The notes beneath the pieces are model-generated. The model did no database searches. It was not told the DNA's origin and saw only the letters and a program-made list of their open reading frames with translations. A program made the translations under genes and the position numbers. Positions 50,152-59,986 of a DNA stretch of 64,000 nt are shown here, piece after piece (position 1 is the first letter of the stretch; each line of letters opens with the position of its first letter). The stretch comes from an uncultured Chthonomonadaceae bacterium (GTDB lineage: Bacteria > Armatimonadota > Chthonomonadetes > Chthonomonadales > Chthonomonadaceae). The stretch spans positions 352,001-416,000 of the forward strand of contig CAWFQB010000004.1 of the NCBI GenBank assembly GCA_963817895.1. Direction: 5' to 3'.

Positions 50152-50980
50152 GACGCTGCGGCAGCGCGTGGAAGTCGGGCATCCGCATCTGAGCATTGGG
50201 CGTCAATGTGAACTGCTCGGTCTGTCGCGTTCCGGCTACTACTACCAGCCAACAGGTGAAAACGCGTTCAATCTGCTTCTCATGCAGCTCATAGATAAGG
50301 AGTATACCAAGCATCCATTCTTCGGCTACCGGAAGATGGTTCATGTCTTGCGCGAAGACGGGCATCTTGTCAACAAGAAGCGGATTGCCCGCTTGATGCA
50401 GGTTATGGGATTGCAGGCCATGGTTCCCGGCCCGAATACGAGCCGCCCGCATCCTGAAAATCCCATCTACCCGTACCTTTTGCGCGGCGTCAAGATAAAC
50501 GCAGTCAATCAGGTGTGGAGTTGCGACATCACCTATATTCCCTTAGAGAAAGGATTTGTCTACCTGTTTGCCATTATCGATTGGTACAGTCGCTTCGTTC
50601 TGACGTGGCAATTGTCCAACACGCTCGACACGGCTTTTTGCTGCGAAGGACTGGATCAGGCTCTGGGAAGCGGTAAGCCCATGATCTTCAATTCGGATCA
50701 GGGCGTCCAATTTACCAGCAAGGAGTTCACGGGTCGCTTGCTATCCGCCGACATTACCATCAGCATGGATGGACGAGGCCGGGCGCTGGACAACATCTTC
50801 GTGGAACGCTTGTGGCGAACGGTCAAATACGAAGACGTGTATCTCAAAGGCTACGAAACGCCAAAAGCCGTGTACAACGGATTGCACAGCTACTTCCAGT
50901 TCTATAATGAAGCGCGTCCGCACCAAGCGCTGGCCTACAAAACACCAGCCCAAGTGTATCAACAAGCGCTCGGTTGCTAG
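50123..50980 (+). CDS. IS3 OrfB integrase-like DDE transposase (via -1 programmed frameshift)
   Basis: NQVWSCDITYI, IIDWYSR, NSDQGVQF, DNIFVERLWRTVKYE and RPHQAL. Confidence 0.92.
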   Translation, partial: SKKNQVASVETLRQRVEVGHPHLSIGRQCELLGLSRSGYYYQPTGENAFNLLLMQLIDKEYTKHPFFGYRKMVHVLREDGHLVNKKRIARLMQVMGLQAMVPGPNTSRPHPENPIYPYLLRGVKINAVNQVWSCDITYIPLEKGFVYLFAIIDWYSRFVLTWQLSNTLDTAFCCEGLDQALGSGKPMIFNSDQGVQFTSKEFTGRLLSADITISMDGRGRALDNIFVERLWRTVKYEDVYLKGYETPKAVYNGLHSYFQFYNEARPHQALAYKTPAQVYQQALGC

Positions 50981-51071
50981 AGCAAAACAACCGATGCGGC
51001 GACCACCTTAAACATGACGAAAATTTGTCTTGACAAAGGGGGTCACTATATCAACTCCATCCCTGCGCCTC

Positions 51072-52676
51072 CTAAAAATGGTACGTGGCTTCGGCATACG
51101 CGAAGGTGGCTTCGTGGCCGCGATAAACGCTGCTGATGACGTTGCCGCCATTGGCATAGGCGAAGTACAGGGACAGGGTGAGGGCGCGATACGCCTGATA
51201 ATCTACGCTGATGTCGTACAGGTTGGCGAGATTGCTATGCCCGTTGCTCGGTCTGCCCGTGAAGCCGAAATTGCGGATTTCATACGCGCCGTTGCCCGAA
51301 TACCACAAATCCTGACTCTGGGCGAGGCGCAGGCTGTGGGCGTCGGCGCGAATGGAAACGCGCGGGTCGGGCCGCAATATCACCTGCGCGAACAGGTCTT
51401 CCAGATTGGCCTGATTGAAGAACGGGAAGCGCGCGAACGTGCGGGACGTATATTCCGGGGCGGTAAACGTGCCGTGAATATTATCGTTGGGATTGCCGTC
51501 GCCGCTGTAGTAGTTGTAGCCCGCGCGCAGCCAGGGTTTCAGAACGGGAAAGTGGGGCTGATACCCGGCTTCCGCCGCGAACGCGAACGCGCCGTGTCGC
51601 AAACTGCCCCACCGCCCCATTTGCCCCGCGCCCCAAAACATGGCGTCCACTTTGCCGTTTCCCAACGGTTCCACGCGGGTATAATTGCCGCCCAGCGTGA
51701 GAATCGTAATGTCGCCCGTATCCCCGGCGCGAATCGGCTGATTCTGCGCGTTCGTCAACGGGCGATTGTCCACCTTTACTACCTTACCATCCCGCCCGTC
51801 ATTGTACAGTAGGGCGAACAAACGCCCCTCCCCGCTGGCATGAGGGCCGGACTGTGGGTAGGTTGCCGCAAGGTAGCCAAGCTGAATGTCGGCAAGCGTG
51901 TCCCATCCGTTCAGGTCGTAATTGCCCCGCGTGGGCAGGATAAACATGGCTGTGATGTTGCGCCCGGACGTATTGTTGACCGCCTGTATACCGTCGAAAC
52001 TGCGCCCGATGTTGGTATACACCGAAGGGCTGATTAATCGCTGCCCGATACGGTTTTGTTTGATCCACGTCAGGGAGGGATCGAGGCTGACGGTTTCCAA
52101 TCCGTCCGTCGCCTCGAAACGGCCTAAGCGAACGGTATTATTAGGGTTGCCCGCGTTCTTGAAACGAACATAGCCCTGCTTCAGAAAGAAGCCCGCCGAT
52201 TGATTATGGTCGGCGTTCTGATAATTCGCGCCCTGTCCCAACGCGCCCTCCGCGCCGGACGCAATCGCCCGCGTGGGCAATCCTGCCAGAAACGGCGCGT
52301 CGAATTCCACGACAACATCTTCCGTGCGCGTCGCCCGACTGATACCCGCCCGTACAAATCCGCCAAAAAACGTGTACGCGCCATTGGCCTTTGCAGCCGG
52401 AAACCAGTTATAGTCCTCTTCGCGCACACGAATCGTTCCGAACGCCTGATAGCCGACGCAATTCAGGGGCGGGGGGGTTGCCGAACCGGGCGAAAAGTAG
52501 GCGGGCAGTATCGCGCCGGGGGCAGTGGTTTGCGGCGCGGTCGTCGTGGTTGTTTGCGTCGCGGGCATTTCTGTTTTGACGGGGGCAACTTTGACGGGCG
52601 TGGCGGGCGTTTCGGCGGTCTGCCCGCCTGCAATCAGGGTAAACGCAAGCAGGCAGGGCAACACTGAAGGGAACAT
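51072..52676 (-). CDS. Alginate-export-family outer membrane beta-barrel protein
   Basis: Signal peptide, amphipathic strands, RSFDG, YYSGDGNP.D..HGTF and a terminal Phe (YHF). Confidence 0.75.
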   Translation of the reverse strand: MFPSVLPCLLAFTLIAGGQTAETPATPVKVAPVKTEMPATQTTTTTAPQTTAPGAILPAYFSPGSATPPPLNCVGYQAFGTIRVREEDYNWFPAAKANGAYTFFGGFVRAGISRATRTEDVVVEFDAPFLAGLPTRAIASGAEGALGQGANYQNADHNQSAGFFLKQGYVRFKNAGNPNNTVRLGRFEATDGLETVSLDPSLTWIKQNRIGQRLISPSVYTNIGRSFDGIQAVNNTSGRNITAMFILPTRGNYDLNGWDTLADIQLGYLAATYPQSGPHASGEGRLFALLYNDGRDGKVVKVDNRPLTNAQNQPIRAGDTGDITILTLGGNYTRVEPLGNGKVDAMFWGAGQMGRWGSLRHGAFAFAAEAGYQPHFPVLKPWLRAGYNYYSGDGNPNDNIHGTFTAPEYTSRTFARFPFFNQANLEDLFAQVILRPDPRVSIRADAHSLRLAQSQDLWYSGNGAYEIRNFGFTGRPSNGHSNLANLYDISVDYQAYRALTLSLYFAYANGGNVISSVYRGHEATFAYAEATYHF

Positions 52677-52709
52677 TCAATAATCCTTGTTGTTTTTAAG
52701 ACGTGGTTA

Positions 52710-54497
52710 CTACCGGGTCGCTCCGGCTTTGACCAGCGCATCCACCATCGCCGGGAAATGCTGCTGTTTTGCAATTGTCAGCGGGGTGACGCCACTGGAA
52801 TCGGCGGCGTTGGCATTTGCGCCATGCGCGGCCAGCAGGCTGATACGCTCCGGGGCCATGCGCGTGACGGCGTGATGCAGGGGCGTCTGTCCGTGATAGT
52901 CTCGCGCGTTGGCGTCCGCGCCATGTTCCAGCAGCGCGGCAACCACGTTGTTATAGGAGGTCCGCATCAGGGCGGTCTGGCCCTGCGAGTCGCGCTCGTC
53001 CACCTTTGCGCCCCGCGCGATCAGCAGGGCAACCATTTCGGGCGTGGAAGCGCGGGCAATCAGCATCGTATCCTGCGTTCCGCCGCCGGCATTTGCCCCC
53101 GCTTTCAGCAAGAGCCGCATCACTTCGCTGCTCTGAGTGTGCATTAAGGCGGTATTGCCCTGATGATCGCGGGCATTAACTTCAACTCCATGCGCCAGCA
53201 GCACCTGCGTTGCGGCGGGAGAATCGCAGGCAAGCATCAGGGGCGTTTCCCCCCGCGTGTTCTGCGCGTGGACATCGGCTCCATGCTCTATCAGGAATTG
53301 GACAATGTCGCCATTGGTCGCGTTCGCCGCCGCCATCAGGGGCGTTGTTCCCCCGGTTGCGGGGTCCAGAACCGGATTCACTTTCGCGCCGCGTTCTACA
53401 AGTAGGCGGCAGATGGGAAGGTCGTGCATGGCCGCAGCGGTTATCAGCGGCGTAGAGTAGACAGACAGAGCGGATTGGCGCGGGCCGGCTGCAATGGGCG
53501 ACGGCTCGACGGAAACGTCCCTGTCCAGCAACGCTTTGACAGCCTCCGGTTTGCCGGAATGAATGGCGCTGGTCAGCGCGGCAGTCCCCATCATCTGGCG
53601 CGTCTCGGCATCCAGTTTCTTGTCCCAGATCGCGACAATCAGCGCGGCGGAACCCTGCTGCGCGGCCCATAGCAGCGGCGTCCGCTGTTGCTGCATAACG
53701 GGCCGATTGTAGGGCATATTGAATTGCGAACCATTGCCCTCAGGCATGATTGGCGGAGTTTCCAGCGCGTCCAGATTGGCTCCCCGCGCCAGCAGCAGTT
53801 TTATCGCGTCCTCATGGCGGTTGCCGCAGGCGAGGCAAAGGGCGGTCTGTCCCTGCGCGTCTTTCTCCTCGATGTCGGCCCCGGCGTTCAGCAGCAGGGC
53901 GGCAACGTCCGTGTTGCCGGATAGGGCGGCCAGATGCAACGGGGAGTGGCCCTCGCTGTTATGGACGCGGATATCGGCTCCCTTCGCCAGCAGCAGCCTG
54001 ATTGTGTTCGCGTCGGGAGTGGTGGCGGCGGCCAGCAGCGCGGTCAGGCCATTGGCGAGTTTGACGTTGACGTTCGCGCCATGCGCCAGCAATTCATTGA
54101 CGATCCCCTCGCTGTCCGAACTTGCCGCCATCATCAGCAGCGTTCGGCTTTTGCCGGTACCCGGATTGGCAGGCCAGCCCGGAAGGTAGCGCAGCAATCC
54201 CGGCGTTTCATCCGGCGTGTGAACGAATCGCTGATTCGGGTCGGCCCCGCCACGCAGCAAATCGCGGACTTCCGCCACATCATGCTCCATCACCGCTGCC
54301 CGCAGCGCGTCATTGGCGCGAATATGCCGGACGTGAAGGAATTCGCCCCCGGCCACAAGCAGCGCGAGGGCAAGCAGCAGATGCCGGTTGCGCCGTTTGG
54401 AAGCCAGTGGCGTGGTGACAAGTTTTTCGTAATAGTCGGCGGACGACGGCGCGACTGCGGGCGCATCGTTCGGCTGCGAGGAGAGTGGAGTGGTCAT
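52710..54497 (-). CDS. Ankyrin repeat protein with N-terminal TM
   Basis: Many G.TPL..AA..LL..GADVN repeats. Confidence 0.92.
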   Translation of the reverse strand: MTTPLSSQPNDAPAVAPSSADYYEKLVTTPLASKRRNRHLLLALALLVAGGEFLHVRHIRANDALRAAVMEHDVAEVRDLLRGGADPNQRFVHTPDETPGLLRYLPGWPANPGTGKSRTLLMMAASSDSEGIVNELLAHGANVNVKLANGLTALLAAATTPDANTIRLLLAKGADIRVHNSEGHSPLHLAALSGNTDVAALLLNAGADIEEKDAQGQTALCLACGNRHEDAIKLLLARGANLDALETPPIMPEGNGSQFNMPYNRPVMQQQRTPLLWAAQQGSAALIVAIWDKKLDAETRQMMGTAALTSAIHSGKPEAVKALLDRDVSVEPSPIAAGPRQSALSVYSTPLITAAAMHDLPICRLLVERGAKVNPVLDPATGGTTPLMAAANATNGDIVQFLIEHGADVHAQNTRGETPLMLACDSPAATQVLLAHGVEVNARDHQGNTALMHTQSSEVMRLLLKAGANAGGGTQDTMLIARASTPEMVALLIARGAKVDERDSQGQTALMRTSYNNVVAALLEHGADANARDYHGQTPLHHAVTRMAPERISLLAAHGANANAADSSGVTPLTIAKQQHFPAMVDALVKAGATR

Positions 54498-54798
54498 AAT
54501 AACGGTTCTCCCAAAACGTCAGGTGAAAGCAGTGACGGCAAAGCGTGGCTGACAGGAAGGTTTCGACGCGGCGAACGTGGTTCCTGCCAGCCGAAACAAA
54601 AAGGAAACAAAAAAGTTCTTCCTGCGAATATATGCCTAATTATAACCCAAAACAACGTAAAGGGGTTTCCTTCCGTCCCGCATTTTGCTATAATGGCGCA
54701 GTCCATGTTTATCGCATTCTCATTTTAATACGCGCCTTGCGCTTTTGTTGAAAGTCGCTGAACGCGAGAACACTAAAGAAAGAGATGTATACCGCGCT

Positions 54799-56211
54799 AT
54801 GAATGAAACCACCAACCCCGAAGTAAAGAAACTGCACGATTGGATTGACAGCCATCAAGAGCAGATTGTCACCGCCTTGCAGGGCGTCCTGCGCATCCCA
54901 AGCCTGAAAGCCGACCCGGAACCTGATGCGCCCTTTGGCCCGACCTGCCGCGCCGCGCTGGATTACACGCTGAATTTGTGCGATAGCCTCGGCTTCCGCG
55001 TCAAAGACGTAGGCGGCTACGCGGGCCATGCGGAGTTCGGCGAGGGCGCGGAGTACGTGGGCGCGCTCGGCCATCTGGATGTTGTGCCGGAGGGCGACGG
55101 CTGGCAGCATCCGCCGTATGGCGCGGAACTGGATGGGGGCTATATCTATGCGCGGGGCAGTTCCGATGATAAAGGCCCGACCTATGCCGCCCTTTTCGCC
55201 GCCAAAGCCATTCTGGACAGCGGCCTGCCCCTGAGCCGCCGTATCCGCGTGATTTTCGGATGCGATGAAGAGTCCGGTTTCGGCTGCGTCCACCACTATT
55301 TTGACGTTGCCAACGAAGAGCGGCCCGCGCTTGGCTTCACGCCCGATGCCGGGTTCCCGCTGATTTACGCGGAAAAGGGGATCGCCAACCTGATACTGGA
55401 AAAACAGCGCCCCGCGCCGAACGGCGACCTGCGGATTGTCAGCGCAAGCGGCGGGCGGCGTCCCAACATGGTTCCCGATGCCGCCGAAGCCCTGCTCATC
55501 GGGGAAGCCAACGCCCTTGCCCGCGCGGCGGAACAACTGGACAACTACTGGGACCGCAACGTGATTCTGGTTCCGGGCGCGGACACGCTGAAAATTACCG
55601 CGTTCGGCAAATCCGCGCACGGCGCGCGCCCCGCCAATGGCGATAACGCTGTTGCCCGTCTTGCCCGCGTTCTCGCCACCCTGAACCTGCCCGATACCGA
55701 GTTGTGGCTCGACTGGATTGCCGACACGGTTGACCCGACCGGGCAGGCGCTTGGCATCGCGCATACGGACGACGTTGCCGGCCCGCTGACCAGCAATCTG
55801 GGCATACTGGAAGCGACGGAAGAAAAAGTCCGCATCACGTACAACATCCGCTATCCCGTGACGTGGAGCAAGGACGAACTGCTTGCCGCCTATGCGCCCG
55901 TAGGCGAAAAAGCCGGCTGGACAATCGCGGAAATCCACGATCAAGCCCCGCTGTATGTGCCATTGGATCAGGAACCCGTCGCTACGCTGCTGCGCGTGTA
56001 CCGCGAAAACACGGGCGACGAGGACTCGCAGCCGGGGACAATGGGCGGCGGAACCTACGCCCGCGCCACCCCACACATCGTTGCATACGGCGCGGCCTTT
56101 CCCGGCGGCAGTGACGGCCCCGCCCACGAACCCGACGAGCGCATCGCCGTAGAAACCCTCCTCAACGCCGCCAAAATCTACGCGCAGGCGCTCTATGAGA
56201 TGGCGAAGTAA
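54799..56211 (+). CDS. M20 dipeptidase PepV-like
   Basis: LGHLDVVPEG, ARGSSDDKGP, GCDEESG, GFTPDA.FP.IYAEKG, GKSAHG, GGGTYAR and AHEPDE. Confidence 0.9.
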   Translation: MNETTNPEVKKLHDWIDSHQEQIVTALQGVLRIPSLKADPEPDAPFGPTCRAALDYTLNLCDSLGFRVKDVGGYAGHAEFGEGAEYVGALGHLDVVPEGDGWQHPPYGAELDGGYIYARGSSDDKGPTYAALFAAKAILDSGLPLSRRIRVIFGCDEESGFGCVHHYFDVANEERPALGFTPDAGFPLIYAEKGIANLILEKQRPAPNGDLRIVSASGGRRPNMVPDAAEALLIGEANALARAAEQLDNYWDRNVILVPGADTLKITAFGKSAHGARPANGDNAVARLARVLATLNLPDTELWLDWIADTVDPTGQALGIAHTDDVAGPLTSNLGILEATEEKVRITYNIRYPVTWSKDELLAAYAPVGEKAGWTIAEIHDQAPLYVPLDQEPVATLLRVYRENTGDEDSQPGTMGGGTYARATPHIVAYGAAFPGGSDGPAHEPDERIAVETLLNAAKIYAQALYEMAK

Positions 56212-56404
56212 ACACACGACATGTGCTGTTAGCTATAACTGAAGCGTAATGTAGTTCGTAAAGTTCAGTGTCCCGGTTGATGTATTTCTGATGTCGTCAG
56301 GAGATGCCAATGGGACACTGAATTTTTTAGAAGGATATGCGGTAAAGCGCCACGAATAAAGTTACCATGACAATGGTTGCTGAGTCTTTGGCAGGAACAG
56401 ACAA

Positions 56405-58663
56405 ATGGCAGATTTAGATGACAGAATACCTGCTTTGCTGGCAGAGGAACAAAACGAGAAGTCACCCAAGCATTTTACGGTAGATGCCCGAACGATACTC
56501 CAATTGGGGCGACAGAGCATCAAAGATAATGTTACGGCTGTACTTGAATTGGTTAAGAACAGTTATGATGCCGACGCTGATATTGTGGAAGTAGAAATTG
56601 CCACACAGCAGGAAAATGGATACATTCGTATTGCTGACAATGGCTGTGGCATGACCGAAGATGTGATTGATGACAGTTGGCTACGTATCGGATTTTCCGA
56701 CAAAAGAGTTGAGCGATTCAGCAAACGAGGCCGCAGAAAAACCGGTGAAAAAGGGGTGGGAAGAATATCAGCGGATCGGCTAGGCTCTACGCTGGAGTTG
56801 CGAACACGAGCGGAAAACAAAGGCGATTTCGGACTGGTTATTGACTGGAATTTGTTCGATGTTGAGGGTGTGACGTTATCAGACATTCCTATCGAAACGT
56901 TGACTAACGTTAGAGCAGAGTTGCCGAGACATGGCACAAAATTATCTTCCGGCACGGAATTGATCGTTCGTGATCTGCGTGAACCGTGGACCGCCAATGA
57001 AATTCGTAACTTATATGATGAATTGTCTGTTCTCACGCCTCCATTTCAGCAGGTTCAGGATTTCAAAATCTATCTGAAAACAGATGTTGCACCAGATTAC
57101 AACGGCCTTATCACATCTTCTTTTGAAGAAGCTGCTCTTATTGAGTTAGAGGCAAGTTTTGACGGAGAATTGTTGCGTTACTGCCTGCTTGACCGTACCA
57201 ACAATGCTGCGCCTGTCAAGCAGGATGTTGAAGTGAAATGGAAGCAAATTGTTCAGAGCGTGACGCCAGGCACAGAGGTTCGCGCCCATGCGCTTGTCGG
57301 ACCTGTTCGCCTCAAATTAATGTTTTATCTGCGTAGCCAGACGGATTTATTATCGAAGGCCGACTTTAAATTGTCAGATTTGCGTGAGTTTCTCGACAGA
57401 AATGCTGGCGTGAAGATATACCGTGATAATATTCGCGTTCGACCTTACGGCGACCCCGCAACTACCGAGGGGGATTGGCTGGGCTTGAATGAACGTAAAG
57501 CGCGTGACCCTGCCGGGTTAAGTCGTGGAACTTACCATTTCACTGCAAATCAGGTTGTTGGAGCGGTATTTCTGAGCCGAGATGATAATTCTGCGCTGAT
57601 AGATAGCGCTAGTCGGGAAGGCCTAATTCATAGCGAAGCATTCGCAGATATGAGGGCTTTAACGCTGGCCTGTTTGTCATTGATGGAAATGCACCGGCAT
57701 GACACTTATCAATCGAAACGTCACGAAAAGGAACAGTTATCCCCGGATGAAGTACTGACCAATTTCACAAAGGAACTTTCAACCCTCACAGAAGGGCTGG
57801 AGCAAGTTCAAAATGAGCTAGCGGGCAATATATTCGGTACATCCCCTGAAGTTACGCAGGCACTTGCGCAAGTGGCTCGTATCGCCAATAGTGCGCAATT
57901 TGCAACAGAGTCCTTGAACGAGATCATGTCTCAGGCAGGGGTGCTAAGAGGTTTGGCTACGCTTGGCATTGCAACCTCTGTTTTTGGGCACGAGACACAA
58001 AGCGCGTTGACGCAGTTTGTTGGCTCTACAGCATTTGCGCGAGATCTGTTGCAAGTGGAAGAGCCAGATATAGCTGCCACGCGAAAGCAAGTAGAAACTG
58101 CGCTTCATTCTGCGCTTCAAGTCAGAGCATGGGGAGCCTTTTCCCTTGAGCGCGTAAAGCGCAACAAACGCGAAAAGCGATTAATCAATGTCAGAGAAAC
58201 CGTTCTCCGTGTAGCGAAAGAATTGCAGCCTGCGTTTCAAGCGGCGAGCATTGATCTGAATTGGACGCGAATGGAAGATGTTTGTGCCAGTCTCTTCGAG
58301 ATGGATGTTGAGTCTATCATTCTCAATCTGCTGACAAATGCTTATACTGCCTGTCAGCAAATTCAGAAAATAAGGCGTCCGCGCAAAGTGCAAATTGAGC
58401 TAAGCAAAGTTGCTTACAACAATAGAGATGGCTTTGAACTTGTTGTCTCCGATACCGGCCCCGGGGTTTCCGATGATCTTGCGGGCAAAATTTGGAAACC
58501 ATTAGTGTCTTTCAAGAAAAACGCTAAGGGGAATGAAGAAGGAACAGGATTGGGTTTAACTATCGTGAATTCGATTGTTACAGAGGCCAAAGGACACAAG
58601 GCTGTTTCTCTGAGTTCGGAATTAGGCGGTGCGCTTTTTTCAATATGGCTCCCAGTTGAGTAA
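56405..58663 (+). CDS. MORC-like GHKL ATPase fused to a C-terminal histidine kinase
   Basis: N-terminal ELVKNSYDA, DNGCGM and GEKGVGR. Middle domain GVKIYRD..RVRPYG..DWLGL..SREG. C-terminal FGHE, NLLTNA, DTGPG and GTGLGL. Confidence 0.85.
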   Translation: MADLDDRIPALLAEEQNEKSPKHFTVDARTILQLGRQSIKDNVTAVLELVKNSYDADADIVEVEIATQQENGYIRIADNGCGMTEDVIDDSWLRIGFSDKRVERFSKRGRRKTGEKGVGRISADRLGSTLELRTRAENKGDFGLVIDWNLFDVEGVTLSDIPIETLTNVRAELPRHGTKLSSGTELIVRDLREPWTANEIRNLYDELSVLTPPFQQVQDFKIYLKTDVAPDYNGLITSSFEEAALIELEASFDGELLRYCLLDRTNNAAPVKQDVEVKWKQIVQSVTPGTEVRAHALVGPVRLKLMFYLRSQTDLLSKADFKLSDLREFLDRNAGVKIYRDNIRVRPYGDPATTEGDWLGLNERKARDPAGLSRGTYHFTANQVVGAVFLSRDDNSALIDSASREGLIHSEAFADMRALTLACLSLMEMHRHDTYQSKRHEKEQLSPDEVLTNFTKELSTLTEGLEQVQNELAGNIFGTSPEVTQALAQVARIANSAQFATESLNEIMSQAGVLRGLATLGIATSVFGHETQSALTQFVGSTAFARDLLQVEEPDIAATRKQVETALHSALQVRAWGAFSLERVKRNKREKRLINVRETVLRVAKELQPAFQAASIDLNWTRMEDVCASLFEMDVESIILNLLTNAYTACQQIQKIRRPRKVQIELSKVAYNNRDGFELVVSDTGPGVSDDLAGKIWKPLVSFKKNAKGNEEGTGLGLTIVNSIVTEAKGHKAVSLSSELGGALFSIWLPVE

Positions 58664-58674
58664 AGGAGTTTTGT

Positions 58675-59349
58675 ATGCCTACAATCGGCGTTGTTGATGA
58701 TAGAAAAGATCAGCGGGAACTTCTTGTAGGTCAGATTAGACACCATCTGCGCAATTATTCAGAATGGGAAGCACTCGAAACTCCCCCATTCGAGGATATT
58801 AATGATTATCCGAGTTGGATATCAGAGAATAATATCTCTGTTTTGATACTTGACGAGCGGCTACATGAAGGCATTGATGAACAGGAAGGAACTGAAAATA
58901 CTGTATTGCCTGTTGAATATGAGGGCCATAATGTAGTTGATTTGCTACGTGATCGGTATCATTCACTGCCCATCTGGATTGTGACAGCATATGCTGACGC
59001 CCCGGAATTACTGAGTAGACAATCAAAGATAAAGAATGTACTTCCGCGAGATGATTTCTCGTTGAATGCAGGTAATTACGTTTCACGATTTGTGAGACTT
59101 GGGACCGATTTTTATCAAGAGAATAGGGAGGAACTTGAAAGACTTGCAGAGTTGTCTCGAAAGATAGCCAGAGATGAAGCTACGGAGGAAGAAATCCGCG
59201 AAGCGGGTGGTTTACAACTGAGCCAGTCTCTACCGTTTCAGCCACTTCAATTGCGCAGTGAGTGGATTACCAAAATGGAACAGGCTGTAGACGAGTTAGC
59301 CGATCTTGAAAAGCGCATACGTCAGCATCTTGAGGGCAAAGAAGGATGA
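58675..59349 (+). CDS. Divergent response-regulator receiver domain protein with helical tail
   Basis: IGVVDD, LILDERL (putative phospho-Asp) and IVTAY. AAGGAG RBS, and no HTH seen. Confidence 0.72.
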   Translation: MPTIGVVDDRKDQRELLVGQIRHHLRNYSEWEALETPPFEDINDYPSWISENNISVLILDERLHEGIDEQEGTENTVLPVEYEGHNVVDLLRDRYHSLPIWIVTAYADAPELLSRQSKIKNVLPRDDFSLNAGNYVSRFVRLGTDFYQENREELERLAELSRKIARDEATEEEIREAGGLQLSQSLPFQPLQLRSEWITKMEQAVDELADLEKRIRQHLEGKEG

Positions 59350-59981
59350 GTTGGTTTAGAATTGAGAAGGAAAACACGAAACAACCCGCAAAAGGCTCCT
59401 ACAAGGATTGGAAAGAAATACTGGCTGTAGAGGGCGGGCATCAGTGTGTTTATTGCGCTGTTTCCGAACGCTCGTTTGGCGGTATACGCAATTTTCATGT
59501 TGAGCATTACAGGCCGAAGAGTTTCAAGCGCTTTGAGACGCTGACGAATGACATACGCAATTTATACTATGCTTGTCCAATCTGCAACACGTTCAAGGGA
59601 GATGATTGGCCGAACGATCCTTCCGATGATTTAGCAGAGGAGTGTTACGCGGAGCCGTCTGCAATAGATTATACTTACCTGTTTATGCTTACAACCACAT
59701 CGGAAATCACCGGCAAGAATGTTGCCGCAAGGTACATGGTTGAAAAACTCTACCTGAACCGACCTCAACTGATAATGGAGCGAAGAGAAGAACAGATTTT
59801 CGTTCGCTTGAATAATATTAACCAACATTTGAGGCAGGATATCGAGATGCTATTAAGGCGCACAGATACAGAAAGCCATAACTTGGTAGTTGAGTACATA
59901 CAAAATAGAGACAAAATGAATGCAATACTGATTGAAGCAAGGAAGTTGCCTCCATATCACAGCGAAGATGTGAGCCGCTGA
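59346..59981 (+). CDS. HNH endonuclease
   Basis: CVYC, HVEHYRPK and NLYYACPICN..K. ATGA overlap with the receiver gene. Confidence 0.88.
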   Translation: MSWFRIEKENTKQPAKGSYKDWKEILAVEGGHQCVYCAVSERSFGGIRNFHVEHYRPKSFKRFETLTNDIRNLYYACPICNTFKGDDWPNDPSDDLAEECYAEPSAIDYTYLFMLTTTSEITGKNVAARYMVEKLYLNRPQLIMERREEQIFVRLNNINQHLRQDIEMLLRRTDTESHNLVVEYIQNRDKMNAILIEARKLPPYHSEDVSR

Positions 59982-59986
59982 AATTC

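Larger units (their letters stand above)
49788..51050 (+). mobile_element. IS3-family insertion sequence
   Basis: Imperfect IRs TATAATGACCCC..GACA / TGTC..GGGGTCACTATA, with orfA and orfB overlapping at an A9 slippery run (50124-50132). Confidence 0.92.
49357..51060 (-). pseudogene. Membrane protein with LVR/LLR tail, interrupted by IS3 in its first codons
   Basis: Removing the IS joins GGAGG-N7-ATG GAG TTG A to CG AAG ACG GGC (MELTKTGKRIVSKGEY). Two TM helices follow, and the tail is paralogous to 45389-46201. Confidence 0.75.

Noticed and set aside
54709..56217. 502-aa minus-strand ORF
   Set aside because: Antisense shadow of the PepV-like gene in GC-rich DNA with no recognisable motifs.
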